From NCBI GenBank assembly GCA_964016885.1, contig OZ024741.1, forward strand, positions 52,886,001 through 52,950,000: a DNA stretch of 64,000 nt, read 5' to 3'. The notes under the pieces are model-generated. The model was not told where the DNA came from. It ran no database searches and worked only from the letters and a program-made list of their open reading frames with translations. Each line of letters opens with the position of its first letter. Position 1 is the stretch's first letter. Shown one piece after another: positions 18,001-33,349 of the stretch. This DNA is from Eledone cirrhosa. Taxonomy: Eukaryota. A program made the translations under genes and the position numbers.

Positions 18001-21000
18001 CGATAGGTCTCAACTCGACACAAATAGAACACAATAGGTATCAACTCAACGCAAACACAACACAATAGGTCACAACTCAACACAAACAAAACACAATAGG
18101 TTTCAACTCGACACAAACACAACACAATAGGTCTCAACTCAACACAAACACAACACAATAGATCACGACTCAACACAAACACAACACAATAGGTCTCATC
18201 TCAACTCAAACACAACACAATAGGTTTCAACTGAACACAACACAATACAATAGGTCTCAACTCAACACAAACACAACACAATAGGTCACAACTCAACACA
18301 AACACAACACAATAGGTCTCAACTCAACAAAAAACACAACACAATGGGTCTAAACTCAACACAAACACAACAGAATAGGTCACAACTCAACACAAACACA
18401 ACACAAAAGGTCACAACTTAACACAAACACAACACAATAGGTCATAACTCAAAACAAACGCAACACAATAGGTCACAAATCAACACAAACACAACACAAT
18501 AGGTCATTACTCAACACAAATACGACACAACACAACACAATAGGTCTCAAATCAACACAAACACAACACAATAGATCCCAACTCAATACAAACACAACAC
18601 AATAGGTCTCACCTCAACACAAACACAACACAATAGGTCTCAACTCAACACAAACACAACACAATAGCTCTCAACTCGACACATACACAGCACAATAGGT
18701 CTCAACTCAACACAAACATAACACAATAGGTCATAACTCAACACAAACACAACACAATAGGTCTCAACTCGACACAAACACACCACAATAGTTCTCAACT
18801 CAGCACAAACACAACACAATAGGTCTCAACTCAACACAAACACAACACAATAGGTCTCAACTCAAAACAAACACAACACGATAGGTCTCAACTCGACACA
18901 AATAGAACACAATAGGTATCAACTCAACGCAAACACAACACAATAGGTCACAACTCAACACAAACAAAACACAATAGGTTTCAACTCGACACAAACACAA
19001 CACAATAGGTCTCAACTCAACACAAACACAACACAATAGATCACGACTCAACACAAACACAACACAATAGGTCTCATCTCAACTCAAACACAACACAATA
19101 GGTTTCAACTCAACACAACACAATACAATAGGTCTCAACTCAACACAAACACAACACAATAGGTCACAACTCAACACAAACACAACACAATAGGTCTCAA
19201 CTCAACAAAAAACACAACACAATGGGTCTAAACTCAACACAAACACAACAGAATAGGTCACAACTCAACACAAACACAACACAAAAGGTCACAACTTAAC
19301 ACAAACACAACACAATAGGTCATAACTCAAAACAAACGCAACACAATAGGTCACAAATCAACACAAACACAACACAATAGGTCATTACTCAACACAAATA
19401 CGACACAACACAACACAATAGGTCTCAAATCAACACAAACACAACACAATAGATCCCAACTCAATACAAACACAACACAATAGGTCTCAACTCAACACAA
19501 ACACAACACAATAGCTCTCAACTCGACACATACACAGCACAATAGGTCTCAACTCAACACAAACATAACACAATAGGTCATAACTCAACACAAACACAAC
19601 ACAATAGGTCTCAACTCGACACAAACACACCACAATAGTTCTCAACTCAGCACAAACACAACACAATAGGTCTCAACTCAACACAAACACAACACAATAG
19701 GTCTCAACTCAAAACAAACACAACACGATAGGTCTCAACTCGACACAAACAGAACACAATAGGTATCAACTCAACGCAAACACAACACAATAGGTCACAA
19801 CTCAACACAAACACAACACAATAGGTTTCAACTCGACACAAACACAACACAATAGGTCTCAACTCAACACAAACACAACACAATAGGTCACGACTCAACA
19901 CAAACACAACACAATAGGTCTCAACTCAACTCAAACACAACACAATAGGTCACAATTCAACACAAACACAACACAATAGGTCACAACTCAACACAAACAC
20001 GACACAATTGATCTCAACTCGACACAAACACAACACAATAGGGTTCAACTCAACACAACAGAATACAATAGGTCTCAACTCAACACAAACACAAATCAAT
20101 AGGTCACTACTCAACGCAAATACAACACAAACACAACACAATAGGTATCAACTCAACGCAAACACAACACAATAGGTCACAACTCAACACAAGCACAACA
20201 CAATAGGTCACAACTCAAAACAAACACAACACAATAGCTCTTAACTCAACACAAACACAACAGAATAGTTCACAGCTCAACACAAACACAACACAATAGG
20301 CACAACTCAACACAAACACAACACAATAGGTCACAATCTAACACGAACACAACACAATAGGTCACAACTCAACACAAACACAACAGAATTTGGTGACAAC
20401 TCAACACAAACACAACACAATAGGTCTCAACTCAACACAAAAACAACACAATAGTCCTGTACTCAACCCAAACACAACGCAATAGGTCTCACCTCAACAC
20501 AAACACAACAAAACACCAACACAACACAATAGGTCTCAACTCAACACAAGCACAAAAAACACAAACACAACACAATAGGTCTCAACTCAACACAAACACA
20601 ACACAATACGTCTCAACTCGAAACACAACACAATAGATCTCAACTCAACACAAACACAACACAATAGGTCACAAATCAACACAAACACAACACAATAGCT
20701 CTCAACTCGACACAAACACAACACAACAGGTCTCACCTCAACACAAACACAACACAATAGGTCACAACTCGACACAAACACAACACAATAGGTCTCAACT
20801 CAACACAAACACAATACAACAATCCACGACTCAATATAAACACAACATAATAGGTCTCAACATAACACAAACAACACAATAGGTCTCAACTCAACACAAC
20901 CACAACACAATAGGTCTCAACTCAACACAAACACAACAGATCAGGTCTCAACTGAACACAAACACAATACAATGCGTCTCAACTCAACACAAACAAAACA

Positions 21001-23610
21001 CAATAGGTCACTACTCAACGCAAACACAACACAAACGCAACACAATAGGTCACAACTCAACACAAACACAACACAATAGGTCTCAACTCAACCTAAAACA
21101 CAACACAATGGGTCTAAACTCAACACAAACACAACAGAATAGGTCACAACTCAACACAAACACAACACAATAGGTCACAACTTAACACAAACACAACACA
21201 ATAGGTCATAACTCAAAACAAACGCAACACAATAGGTCACAAATCAACACAAACACAACACAATAGGTCATTACTCAACACAAATACGACACAACACAAC
21301 ACAATAGGTCTCAAATCAACACAAACACAACACAATAGATCCCAACTCAATACAAACACAACACAATAGGTCTCTCCTCAACACAAACACAACACAATAG
21401 GTCTCAACTCAACACAAACACAACACAATAGCTCTCAACTCGACACATACACAGCACAATAGGTCTCAACTCAACACAAACATAACACAATAGGTCATAA
21501 CTCAACACAAACACAACACAATAGGTCTCAACTCGACACAAACACACCACAATAGTTCTCAACTCAGCACAAACACAACACAATAGGTCTCAACTCAACA
21601 CAAACACAACACAATAGGTTTCAACTCAAAACAAACACAACACGATAGGTCTCAACTCGACACAAATAGAACACAATAGGTATCAACTCAACGCAAACAC
21701 AACACAATAGGTCACAACTCAACACAAACAAAACACAATAGGTTTCAACTCGACACAAACACAACACAATAGGTCTCAACTCAACACAAACACAACACAA
21801 TAGATCACGACTCAACACAAACACAACACAATAGGTCTCATCTCAACTCAAACACAACACAATAGGTTTCAACTCAACACAACACAATACAATAGGTCTC
21901 AACTCAACACAAACACAACACAATAGGTCACAACTCAACACAAACACAACACAATAGGTCTCAACTCAACAAAAAACACAACACAATGGGTCTAAACTCA
22001 ACACAAACACAACAGAATAGGTCACAACTCAACACAAACACAACACAAAAGGTCACAACTTAACACAAACACAACACAATAGGTCATAACTCAAAACAAA
22101 CGCAACACAATAGGTCACAAATCAACACAAACACAACACAATAGGTCATTACTCAACACAAATACGACACAACACAACACAATAGGTCTCAAATCAACAC
22201 AAACACAACACAATAGATCCCAACTCAATACAAACACAACACAATAGGTCTCACCTCAACACAAACACAACACAATAGGTCTCAACTCAACACAAACACA
22301 ACACAATAGCTCTCAACTCGACACATACACAGCACAATAGTTCTCAACTCAGCACAAACACAACACAATAGGTCTCAACTCAACACAAACACAACAAAAC
22401 ACCAACGCAACACAATAGGTCTCAAATCAACACAAGCACAAAAAACACAAACACAATACAATAGGTCACAACTCGACACAAACACAACACAATAGGTCTC
22501 AACTCAACACAAAAACAACACAATACGTCTCAACTCGAAACACAACACCATAGGTCTCAACTCAACACAAACACAACACAATAGGTCACAAATCAACACA
22601 AACACAACACAATAGGTCTCAACTCGACACAAACACAACACAATAGGTCTCACCTCAACACAAACACAACACAATAGGTCACAACTCAACACAAACAGAA
22701 CACAATAGGTCTCAACTCAACACAACCACAACACAATAGGTCACAACTCAACACACACTCAACACAATATGTCTCAACTCGACACAAACACAACACAATA
22801 GGTCTCAACTCAACACAAACACAACACAATAGGTCACAACTCAACACAAACACAACAGAATTTGGTGACAACTCAACACAAACACAACTCAATAGGACTC
22901 AACTCAACACAAAAACAACACAATAGTTCTGTACTCAACCCAAACACAACACAATAGTTCTCAACTCAACACAAACACAACAAAACACAAACACAACGCA
23001 ATAGGTCTCAACTCAACACAAACCCTACACAATAGGTCTCAGCTCAACACAAACACAACACAATAGGTCCCAACTCAACACAAACACAACGCAATAGGTC
23101 TCAACTCAACACAAACACAATAAAACACCAACGCAACACAATAGGTCTCAACTCAACACAAGCACAAAAAACACAAACACAACACAATAGGTCACAACTC
23201 GACACAAACACAACACAATAGTTCTCAACTCAACACAAAAACAACACAATACGTCTCAACTCGAAACACAACACCATAGGTCTCAACTCAACATAAACAC
23301 AACACAATAGGTCACAAATCAACACAAACACAACACAATAGGTCTCAACTCGACACAAACACAACACAATAGGTCTCACCTCAACACAAACACAACACAA
23401 TAGGTCACAACTCAACACAAACAGAACACAATAGGTCTCAACTCAACACAAACACAACACAATAGGTCACAACTCAACACACACACAACACAATAGGTCT
23501 CAACTCAACACAAACACAACACAATAGGTCTCAACTCAACACAAACACAATAGAATAATTCACAACTCAATATAAACACAACACAATAGGTCTCAACTCA
23601 ACACAAATAC
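1..23610. repeat. 31-bp satellite array (~760 monomers), consensus AACTCAACACAAACACAACACAATAGGTC(T/A)C; runs off the left window edge
   Basis: Uninterrupted head-to-tail 31-mers with recurring variants (GGTCTC/GGTCAC, AACTCGAC, GAATTTGGTGAC); degenerates at ~23610-23670. Confidence 0.98.
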
Positions 23611-24094
23611 AAAACAACACAAGAATAAGATAACACGAAACACAACACACAACTGAATCAGACAACTAAAAAACCTGTTTCCCATAAATACTGAGTTTAT
23701 TGGTTGTTTTAATAAATTTGCTTACCGTCATTGCATCGATATTTCACAAAGCAAGATCCGGAAGAACGAACATTAATAAAGAAAGGAATGTTATTCCTCA
23801 CCTAATGTCTTTTTTAACACTGCTCATTGTCGGCGATTACGATTGTACTTATTAGACGTATATTGGCAATGGATTTTTTTTTTGTTTTTTTGTTTTTCGT
23901 ACTGTTAATGTAAACAGAAAAAAAAGAAAGAACGCGGGAGTAAGGGATGATGAATGAACAAGAAGGAGAAAGAGAAAGGGATGGAAAGAGAATAAAAGTG
24001 AGAGAAATAGAGAAAGATATTGGTATTTTTTTTATTTAATACTTCGCGATATGTAGGCATGTATTTTTTTTATGTTTACAAAACTATCTATCTC

Positions 24095-24180
24095 TATGTA
24101 TCTATCTCTCTATGTATGTATGTATGTATGTATGTATGTATGTATGTATGTATGTATGTATGTATGTATGTATGTATGTA

Positions 24181-24252
<72 letters not shown>
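24095..24252. repeat. Compound microsatellite (TATG)n-(TC)n-(TA)n
   Basis: Directly visible. Confidence 0.95.
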
Positions 24253-24256
<4 letters not shown>

Positions 24257-24435
24257 GTTAATCCGGGTTGAATCGGAGGTAACCACAGTAAGTAAGGTAC
24301 TCAATACATTGCAGAGTATAAAAGTTTTAATATAGATGAGATTCTACAGGACTAGAACTGTTTCATTCTTTAGAAATCATCAGGAATCATGATGATTTCT
24401 AAAGAATGAAACAGTTCTAGTCCTGTAGAATCTCA

Positions 24436-24441
<6 letters not shown>
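24253..24441 (-). mobile_element. Short fold-back element (Penelope-like pLTR-type) with hammerhead core, inserted in (TA)n
   Basis: Perfect 52-bp inverted repeat (24331-24382 / 24390-24441) plus a unique ~78-bp tail; (TA)n on both sides; homologous copy at 58899-59094. Confidence 0.8.
24340..24388 (-). ncRNA. Minimal type I hammerhead ribozyme
   Basis: Minus strand reads GAUUC-CUGAUGA-uuucuaaagaau-GAA-ACAG-uucuaguc-CUGU-A-GAAUC: stem I GAUUC/GAAUC, short stem II UUC/GAA, stem III ACAG/CUGU with palindromic CUAG in the loop, GUA cleavage triplet. Confidence 0.8.
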
Positions 24442-24532
<91 letters not shown>

Positions 24533-24540
24533 AGAGAGAG

Positions 24541-24621
24541 ACACAGGACATGGCAGCGATGATGAGGGACAGAGACCGCTGGAGAGAACTCATCGATGGA
24601 TCTCAGGAATTTTACCCGCCT
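24541..24621 (+). mobile_element. ~80-bp 3'-terminal fragment of RTE LINE (same family as 60318-60940)
   Basis: caggacatggcagc...gggacagagaccgctggagagaactc...tacccgcct matches the reverse complement of ~60320-60400. Confidence 0.85.
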
Positions 24622-24780
24622 TATATATATACATATATATATATATATATGTAATTATATGTATCTATAGACATATGACTGTATATATATATATATATAT
24701 AGTCTCTTTTCTTTCCTTTTTCTTTTCTCCGTATGTGTACATATATACATACAAACATACATACATACATACATAAATAA

Positions 24781-26170
24781 GGAGAGAACCAGAACTGAAT
24801 ACCTCTGAAGAGTAAAGAAAATATGGTCATCAGAACTGTCAGCGTACAACAAATTCATTGCCCACAATACTTATGCTGTGCCAATTCTAACGCCAACATT
24901 TGGCCTTCTGAACTGGTCATTGCAAGACCTAAGTGAGATGGATGTTAGAACTCGCAAACTTCTCAGTGTAACTGGGAATTTTAACATCAATGGTGATATT
25001 GATAGGCTATACTTCTCACGCAAGGAAGGATGTTAGAACTCGCAAACTTCTCAGTGTTTCTGGGAACTTTAACATCAATGGTGATGTGGATAGGCTATAC
25101 TTCTCACGCAAGGAAGGTGGCCGGGGTCTAAAATCCATATTAACATCATATGAGACCCGGATAGTAACACTGAAGCAACACCTTCAACAGAGGAAAAAGG
25201 TTGGCAACCATCTTGCCCAGGATTATGAGCATGAACAAAAAAATATCATTAGAATAGCCACTGATCTGGAGGAGAGATATGGAATAAAACCTGATATAAA
25301 TCTCTCACCCAGAGAAATCGGAAGATCCTATTCAATGTTCAAAGAAGATGAAAAAATTGACCAATTTACAGAAAAAGTTGTGCATGGATACTTGAGACGT
25401 AAAACACAGACCATAGAGGGGATAAACCACTCAAAAAGCCTGGCATGGAGTTCCGACAAGTTTATGACATCACACCTTGAGGGATATCTCTATGCAATAC
25501 AGGAACAAGAACTCCCTACCAAATATCTGCTGCACAAAGGGGGGGGGGGGCATCAACTGACAATAAATGTAAAACAAAGATCGAGGATGTAAGCCACATT
25601 GTTGCCAGCTGCGAAAGAATGTCATCTCGCTACTACCTCCCATGAGACACGATGGGATAGCTAGAACCATCTGGAACGCACTTCGGAAAACAAAATTAAC
25701 AACAAACGAGGAAGAATATATTGAGACAGATGGCACTAAGTAATACTAGTGGAACCTGAAAATAAAAACTGCCACCAAATTAAAGCACAACCGGCCTGAT
25801 ATTGTTGTTTGGGACCACACGTTGAAAACGTGTTCTGTTGTGGAGATCAGCTGCCCACTTGATATAAACGTTGTCAGAAAAATACAGGAGAAGGAGGACA
25901 TCTACGGACCAATAATGAGGAGTTTGCAAATCCAGTATCCAAGATACACCTTTGCATCATACCCATCATTATTGGAGCTACGGGTTATATACCAACCCGT
26001 TTGGACCAAAGTATGACTGAACTTGGATTTGCCGACAAAGAGCGCAGCTCCCTAATTCATAGTCTACAAATGGCTGCGATAGCTGGCACCTTCAAAATTT
26101 GCAAAACATTCTTTCGATTGAAGGGATGACAATTTATTTTCTTTTACAACCTAGCCATCAGGAAGGTGGC
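24781..26170 (+). mobile_element. 5'-truncated, disrupted R4/Dong-like non-LTR retrotransposon (RT C-terminus plus restriction-like endonuclease)
   Basis: Translates to KIWSSELSAYNKFIAHNTYAVP, RLYFSRKEGGRGL, EGYLYAIQEQELPT, HIVASC...RHD, HNRPDIVVWD...VVEISCP (PD-D/E nuclease); stops and frameshifts present. Confidence 0.85.
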
Positions 26171-26519
26171 CGGTCAAAAAAATATACTCGAAATTAAGAG
26201 AAAGAGATAACATACAATTACATACGTATGTATATGTTGTGAATATTTCAACATAGTTATATTTCTTGTTGTAGGTAGTGATGCAATAAAATAAAATAAT
26301 TTTTTTATTTGAATGTTAACTCTTAGAAATCTAAAGAAAATACAATTCTTTCTTAACATCAAATCATTGAAAATAACTTTGTTCCTGTTGAGAATACTAC
26401 TTGGCATATGTTTTTATATAATCCTGTAAAATATTAATTTTCAGAAGGAAACTTTTTCATTGAAGTTAATATTAAAAACATAGCCCTAAGTTCCAAAACT
26501 TAAATACGTAAATACATAT

Positions 26520-28230
<1,711 letters not shown>

Positions 28231-28667
28231 TGTAAATATAAATTAATATATATGATGAAACACAAATACCAACATATCTGTGTTTATATTGTAAAAGAAA
28301 TTAAGTTAGCTAGAATGAAATATACTAATTATAATATTACAGCTTGCCTATATCGATTTAAAATAATAAATCAACAAAAACAAACAAGTCGCTGATTTGA
28401 ACTTGAAGTGTAAACACGGATTGCTGGAACTTCTTCCTTGTTGAAAATTCAAGTCTCCACTTCTGTGGTTTACCATCTGATTAATTGGTGAAATATATTT
28501 CTTTAATGGAATATATACAGCGAAGATTAATCATATTATAAGGTATCTATTTTTGAAGTTCTGGTCAACTTTATTTAGTTACCTACCTAGCTATGTGTGG
28601 TTACACACTTGTAAAAATTATCTCCTGTGATTATTCATGTTTATTTATATGTTAATCAATCTCTAGT

Positions 28668-28726
<59 letters not shown>

Positions 28727-29492
28727 CAGTAGCACTAAGACTACATTTATACATAATAACGATGTATATGAAACAATATATATACATATACTATATAGTT
28801 ATATACAATAGTCATATGGATATACTTGCTATCAATAAAATATATTTTCTCGTAACGAGAAATAATTTTTGTCTAGCTTTTAATTTATTTTTTTGTGTAT
28901 TTTACTCAATGAAATATATTTTTTCGTGATGAAAAATAATTTTTCCCTATTTTTTCTTTTGTGAAAATTTCCGTGCGGTCAAGAATGCCAGACAGTGTTA
29001 ATCTTTTATCGGTGACCCACACTCACCTGGTACTAACATGGAAATAGTCTAGAGTCTATAAAGAATTTTGCGTGACGAGCGTACGCTGGAAATGCTCATT
29101 TGCATATAGTCCAAACGTGGCTAGTGTTATAATTAGTTGGCATAACAGCGGTGTATATTTAAACATATTATAAACTTATACTACATGTTTATATGCAATA
29201 AAATAATTATACGGGTAGTCTCACCATATATATTCATACGCGTAGAAACATAAGTTATATATATATATATATATACAGAGAGAGATATTGACAATCGCCA
29301 CCGACGAATGCGAGAAAGTTCTCCAGGAAAGTTAACCAGGAATCTTTAAAAATGTTCCCACCGAAGTTAACAAAGAACATACTACATCTAGCAACTTATA
29401 ATATTATAATGTTATAAAATTAAATCAATTTGATTAGAACTAGAAGTGAAGTCATTCTTTTCCTTTTTTTCAAATATATATATATATGTAAA

Positions 29493-29740
29493 TCATCATC
29501 ATCATCATTATCATTTTACGTCCGCTTTTCCCTGCTTGCAAGGGTGGAACGGATCCTATTCAGCACAGCATCTCTCCACTTGTGACGGTCCTTCGTCCTC
29601 TCCTCCGTGAGCTTCAGCGATCTGAAGTCTGCTCTCATCACCTCCTCCCATATTTTTCGTGGTCTTCCTCTACGGCGTCTTACTTCTATTGGGCTTTCTT
29701 GGCACTTCTTTACCCATCTGTGACGAACGTGTTCTTTTTT
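29493..29740 (-). mobile_element. RTE-type LINE 3' fragment with (ATG)n tail
   Basis: Minus strand encodes RRRGRPRKIWEEVMRADF...DRHKWRDAV, followed by (GAT)n. Confidence 0.7.
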
Positions 29741-30178
29741 ATTCCTCCAATAATTTCAATGATCACATTTTTAACATATCTTCCTTTCTGCTTCTGGACA
29801 TTTTCCTTTCTGTTTCTTTTTTTTTTCTCCACCCTCGTTTTCCTGTCTCACGTTGCTATAAAAACACAATACCTTCTTCTAGTCATCACAATTCTGTGTA
29901 GTTGATATGGTTTTATTGCTGAAAGTTATAGTTTTGTCTTGTCCTTTACTCCACGAACAGCGCTTTGGCTTATTTGACCTGGGGTGGACCAGCAGTACCG
30001 TTGGTAGTCACCGAAACTACAACGTTCATCTCAACGGCTGAAGATCTTGGACTTCTGAGTCTTTCCTTTGTCTTAATATTTTCAAAAACACATTTTAAAG
30101 ATTTCCTCTTTAAAAATAATCATCGTTCTTCCTTGTTTTCGTTTGTTGTCCTCTCTTTGTTAATTATCCTAAGTTTAT

Positions 30179-30211
<33 letters not shown>

Positions 30212-30634
30212 AGTTGGGTGGGGGGATGTTTTTCTTTGCGTGTGTGATGGCTACAAATCGACTTTGAGTAATGCCATCGCTTAATACTTAAGCATGAACA
30301 TCACAGACGTGGCTTTTTAGTCATTCCAGGGATTTGCCTATGACCAGCAATACCATGTATCGCAGAAAAATGTCACATATCAAGCGATGCCTGTGATTGA
30401 AGCTTTCTTAAGTGAGGAAAGGCTTTGCACGGGGTGAATCACATTCTCTAAACATCGAATTTTCCCCAAAAGAAGAACTGGTCTACATCATTGGAGGTAA
30501 ACGTAGTTGCAGGTTTTATATCAGAGTGACCTTCTCCTAGAGAGATGTCTTAATGAAGAATAGGATTCTCTTGCTTCACAATATATATATATATTTATAT
30601 ATACATATATATATATATATAAAATATCTGAAGT

Positions 30635-30907
30635 CTGTCTCATGCATGGAGGCTAATTAGTCCGGTGCTTATCTCGGTTTCTTGGTGTTAAGTCACTGAG
30701 ATTAGTAGACCCCCTCACTAGACAGGACGTCAATCCATCGCAGGATTAAACTCCCAGCTATTGCTTATACTCATTTTTAGCTGAGTATATCGGAGCAACG
30801 TAAAATGAAGTGCTTTGTTCAATAATTCAACATAGAACCCGCTCCAAGAATAGAAAACATGAGATTATGTTTGTAAGTCCAAAACCTTAAAAACTTGCCA
30901 TGCGTCT
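30635..30907 (-). mobile_element. tRNA-derived SINE (same family as 57738-57985)
   Basis: Reverse complement has a tRNA-like head (gacgcatggc...), then aaagcacttcattttacgttgctcc...ctcagctaaaaatgagta, shared with the 57.8-kb copy. Confidence 0.65.
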
Positions 30908-31327
30908 TCACACAATTTCTGGTCTTGTGCTAATATGAGAATTATAATGCTCGGAACTGTGTTGTAATCTTATTGTAAGCAACTCCTTTCTGACACTGAA
31001 GGGCTGAATAAGTGTTTGTAATCATATATATATACATTTCTGCGATTCTGTCACAACACCTGAAGAAAGAGTAGTTTGACTACCTCATCCTACTCCTCTC
31101 TCTTTACATATGATGCCTGCGTGAATGTATGTGTGTGTAAAAGGAAGGAAGGGGATGGTGAAAAAACCTATAGCAAAACAGCGACTGGCGTTCGTTTTAT
31201 TACGCTGTATGTGAGTGTATGTGTATGTGTGTTTGTGTGAATGTATGCCTGTGAGTGTGTATTTTTGTAAGTATGTATGTGTTTGCACGTTTATATTTAT
31301 ATATTAATACATAAAATATATATGTAT

Positions 31328-31402
31328 CAAGGGCGGTGCCCCAGCATGGCCTCAGCCGGATGGCTGGAACAGGTAAATGAGTTAAATGAGTAAAAGAGTA
31401 AA
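31328..31402 (+). mobile_element. SINE 3' end fragment
   Basis: aagggcggtgccccagcatggc...aacaggtaaatgagttaaatgagtaaaagagtaaa tail; family recognised from memory of cephalopod SINEs. Confidence 0.5.
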
Positions 31403-31824
31403 ATATGTATATATACACGCAGACACATATACACATACTCGTCAGTGTGTTGAAAATATTCCTAGTTTTTCATATTACTGACTAGACCTTTAGGAACAGA
31501 CTGTGTTCAAGGTTCAGCAGCCCTTTTAAAATCGGTTTGAATGAGGTTGTCAACGGTGTGCTAAAACTGTTGCAAGTCAACGACAGTAGGATGGACCTGT
31601 GTAGAGAACAAATTCCACATTGTTTACTTTTTTTTGAATTGGAAGGACTATGGATAGGGTGAGTGTGGTGTCATAGAGAGACGGATACAATATGGTCAAT
31701 CTAAGTGGGAGAGAGAGAGAGAGAGAGAGAGGAGTGTTTCGAGAGTACCTAATTAGAGGTAACTGGACACTAGGTTGGTTGGTGGATTAGAGGTAACTGA
31801 GGGGAAGGGAGAGCGGAGGGGAGA

Positions 31825-31898
<74 letters not shown>

Positions 31899-31934
31899 CG
31901 GGTCAGAAGAGCGAAAGAGAAAGAAAAAAGGCAC

Positions 31935-32170
31935 AGCAGGAAGCTGCAGTGTCCTTCTGGTTAAAGGAAGATGGTGGGGCAATCTTCACGATGGACCCAG
32001 TTGATATTCGGGTTTGTTCTATACGTGACAGCAGGTGTTCGACATAAATCCACAAGTCACAAATACTCGGACACTCGACGAGTGTATGCAAGATAGTTTC
32101 GTCGCCCTGCGTGCATCTCAGACGTGCCCAGCTAACGGCACTTCCATACCTATAAAGTTAATCTCGAACT
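31935..32170 (-). mobile_element. Tx1/L1-type LINE ORF2 C-terminal fragment
   Basis: ETILHTLVECPSICDLWIYVEHLL...SIVKIAPPSSF aligns with ETVLHALVQCPKIAGLWSYVEQLL...SIVQIAPSSSF at 44940-45080. Confidence 0.85.
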
Positions 32171-32724
32171 AATAAAAATATGAATAAGAATAAGAAAAAC
32201 AACAACAGCAGCAGTAACAAGAATCAACGTAGGAGCCTCTTCATATACGCTTTACCTGCTAGAATAACAGTCAAATTCGACTCAAATAAAAAAGAGTACG
32301 GGCAAATCCACATTGGCTGTCATAAAACAACACAAAGTATGCTACAGGATGGCCACAGTTGTTACACACTTGAACATAAATCGACTACAACAGATCTGGC
32401 TCGCCTGTGACTAAACAACATGAACAGCGATAACAACAATAATAAGAGAAGCTTCTGCGCTCCAAACATTCAATTTAAAATAAAATGTAAATTCATATTT
32501 GTGGAAAGTTTGTCTATGAGATTGTGAAAGGGTGCGTATTAAAATGTCGACGTCTGTGAGATGCTGTTTTGTACAATAGCCAACCACTGTACCTTTTATA
32601 GTCTACGTATGAAATCATCTTATATTGATATTCCATGCCTGTTCTATATATCATAATAAAACTGCAGATTATTTCATTATCAAGATATACGATATAAATA
32701 TGTATACATACACTCACCACCCCC

Positions 32725-32787
<63 letters not shown>

Positions 32788-32791
32788 TGTA

Positions 32792-32845
<54 letters not shown>

Positions 32846-33349
32846 TATAAATATATATATTATGCACAACTAAATATATAAATGTATAAATGTAGATATA
32901 GATATATGGACTTATCTATATTTATATTTATGTATTTATACATTTACCTCAATATCATTCCGACTTTCTCTGACTAAAAATAATTGAAAGCCGGAGGAAA
33001 GTAGCTGAGCTAGAACATTTGAATAGTTGTGAAATTGTAAGAATTGTAACTAAGAAAGAAAGCTATTAGTTTTTCTGTTGTCTCTGGAACATAATAGGAG
33101 TGATATGTGTGAATTTAGTGGGTCTCCTTGTCAAAGGTTCGAATGATTTATTTGTCTACACTGTTTTCCTACCCTAGCTTTTTATCTGTTACGTTACTCT
33201 TGTTTCGTTACTCTTGTTGGTGTTATTGTAGTTTAGTACGCTGATTAGCCCTGATCAAGACGACAGCTATGATAAAATAAAATGTATTCATAGAACAAAG
33301 GAAATACCGATATAAGTTTAGTCTAAAGACAAAGAACTTCTATGTTTAA

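Noticed and set aside
1-23610. Cys/Val/Leu-rich 60-86 aa ORFs and a superficial CRISPR-like periodicity
   Set aside because: They are translations of a 31-bp tandem repeat; there are no unique spacers and no cas genes.
29065-29112. Hammerhead-like GUGACGA-gcguacgc-GAAA-UGC..GCA-UA overlapping an ATTTGCAT octamer
   Set aside because: Core C3 is missing and stem I does not pair; a lone octamer is expected by chance.
31065-31090. CUGAAGA followed by a small hairpin
   Set aside because: No downstream GAAA or stem III.
31440-31680. Possible CR1/L2-type LINE 3' remnant on the minus strand
   Set aside because: Only faint similarity (MWNLF...VDLQQF); too degraded to support by eye.
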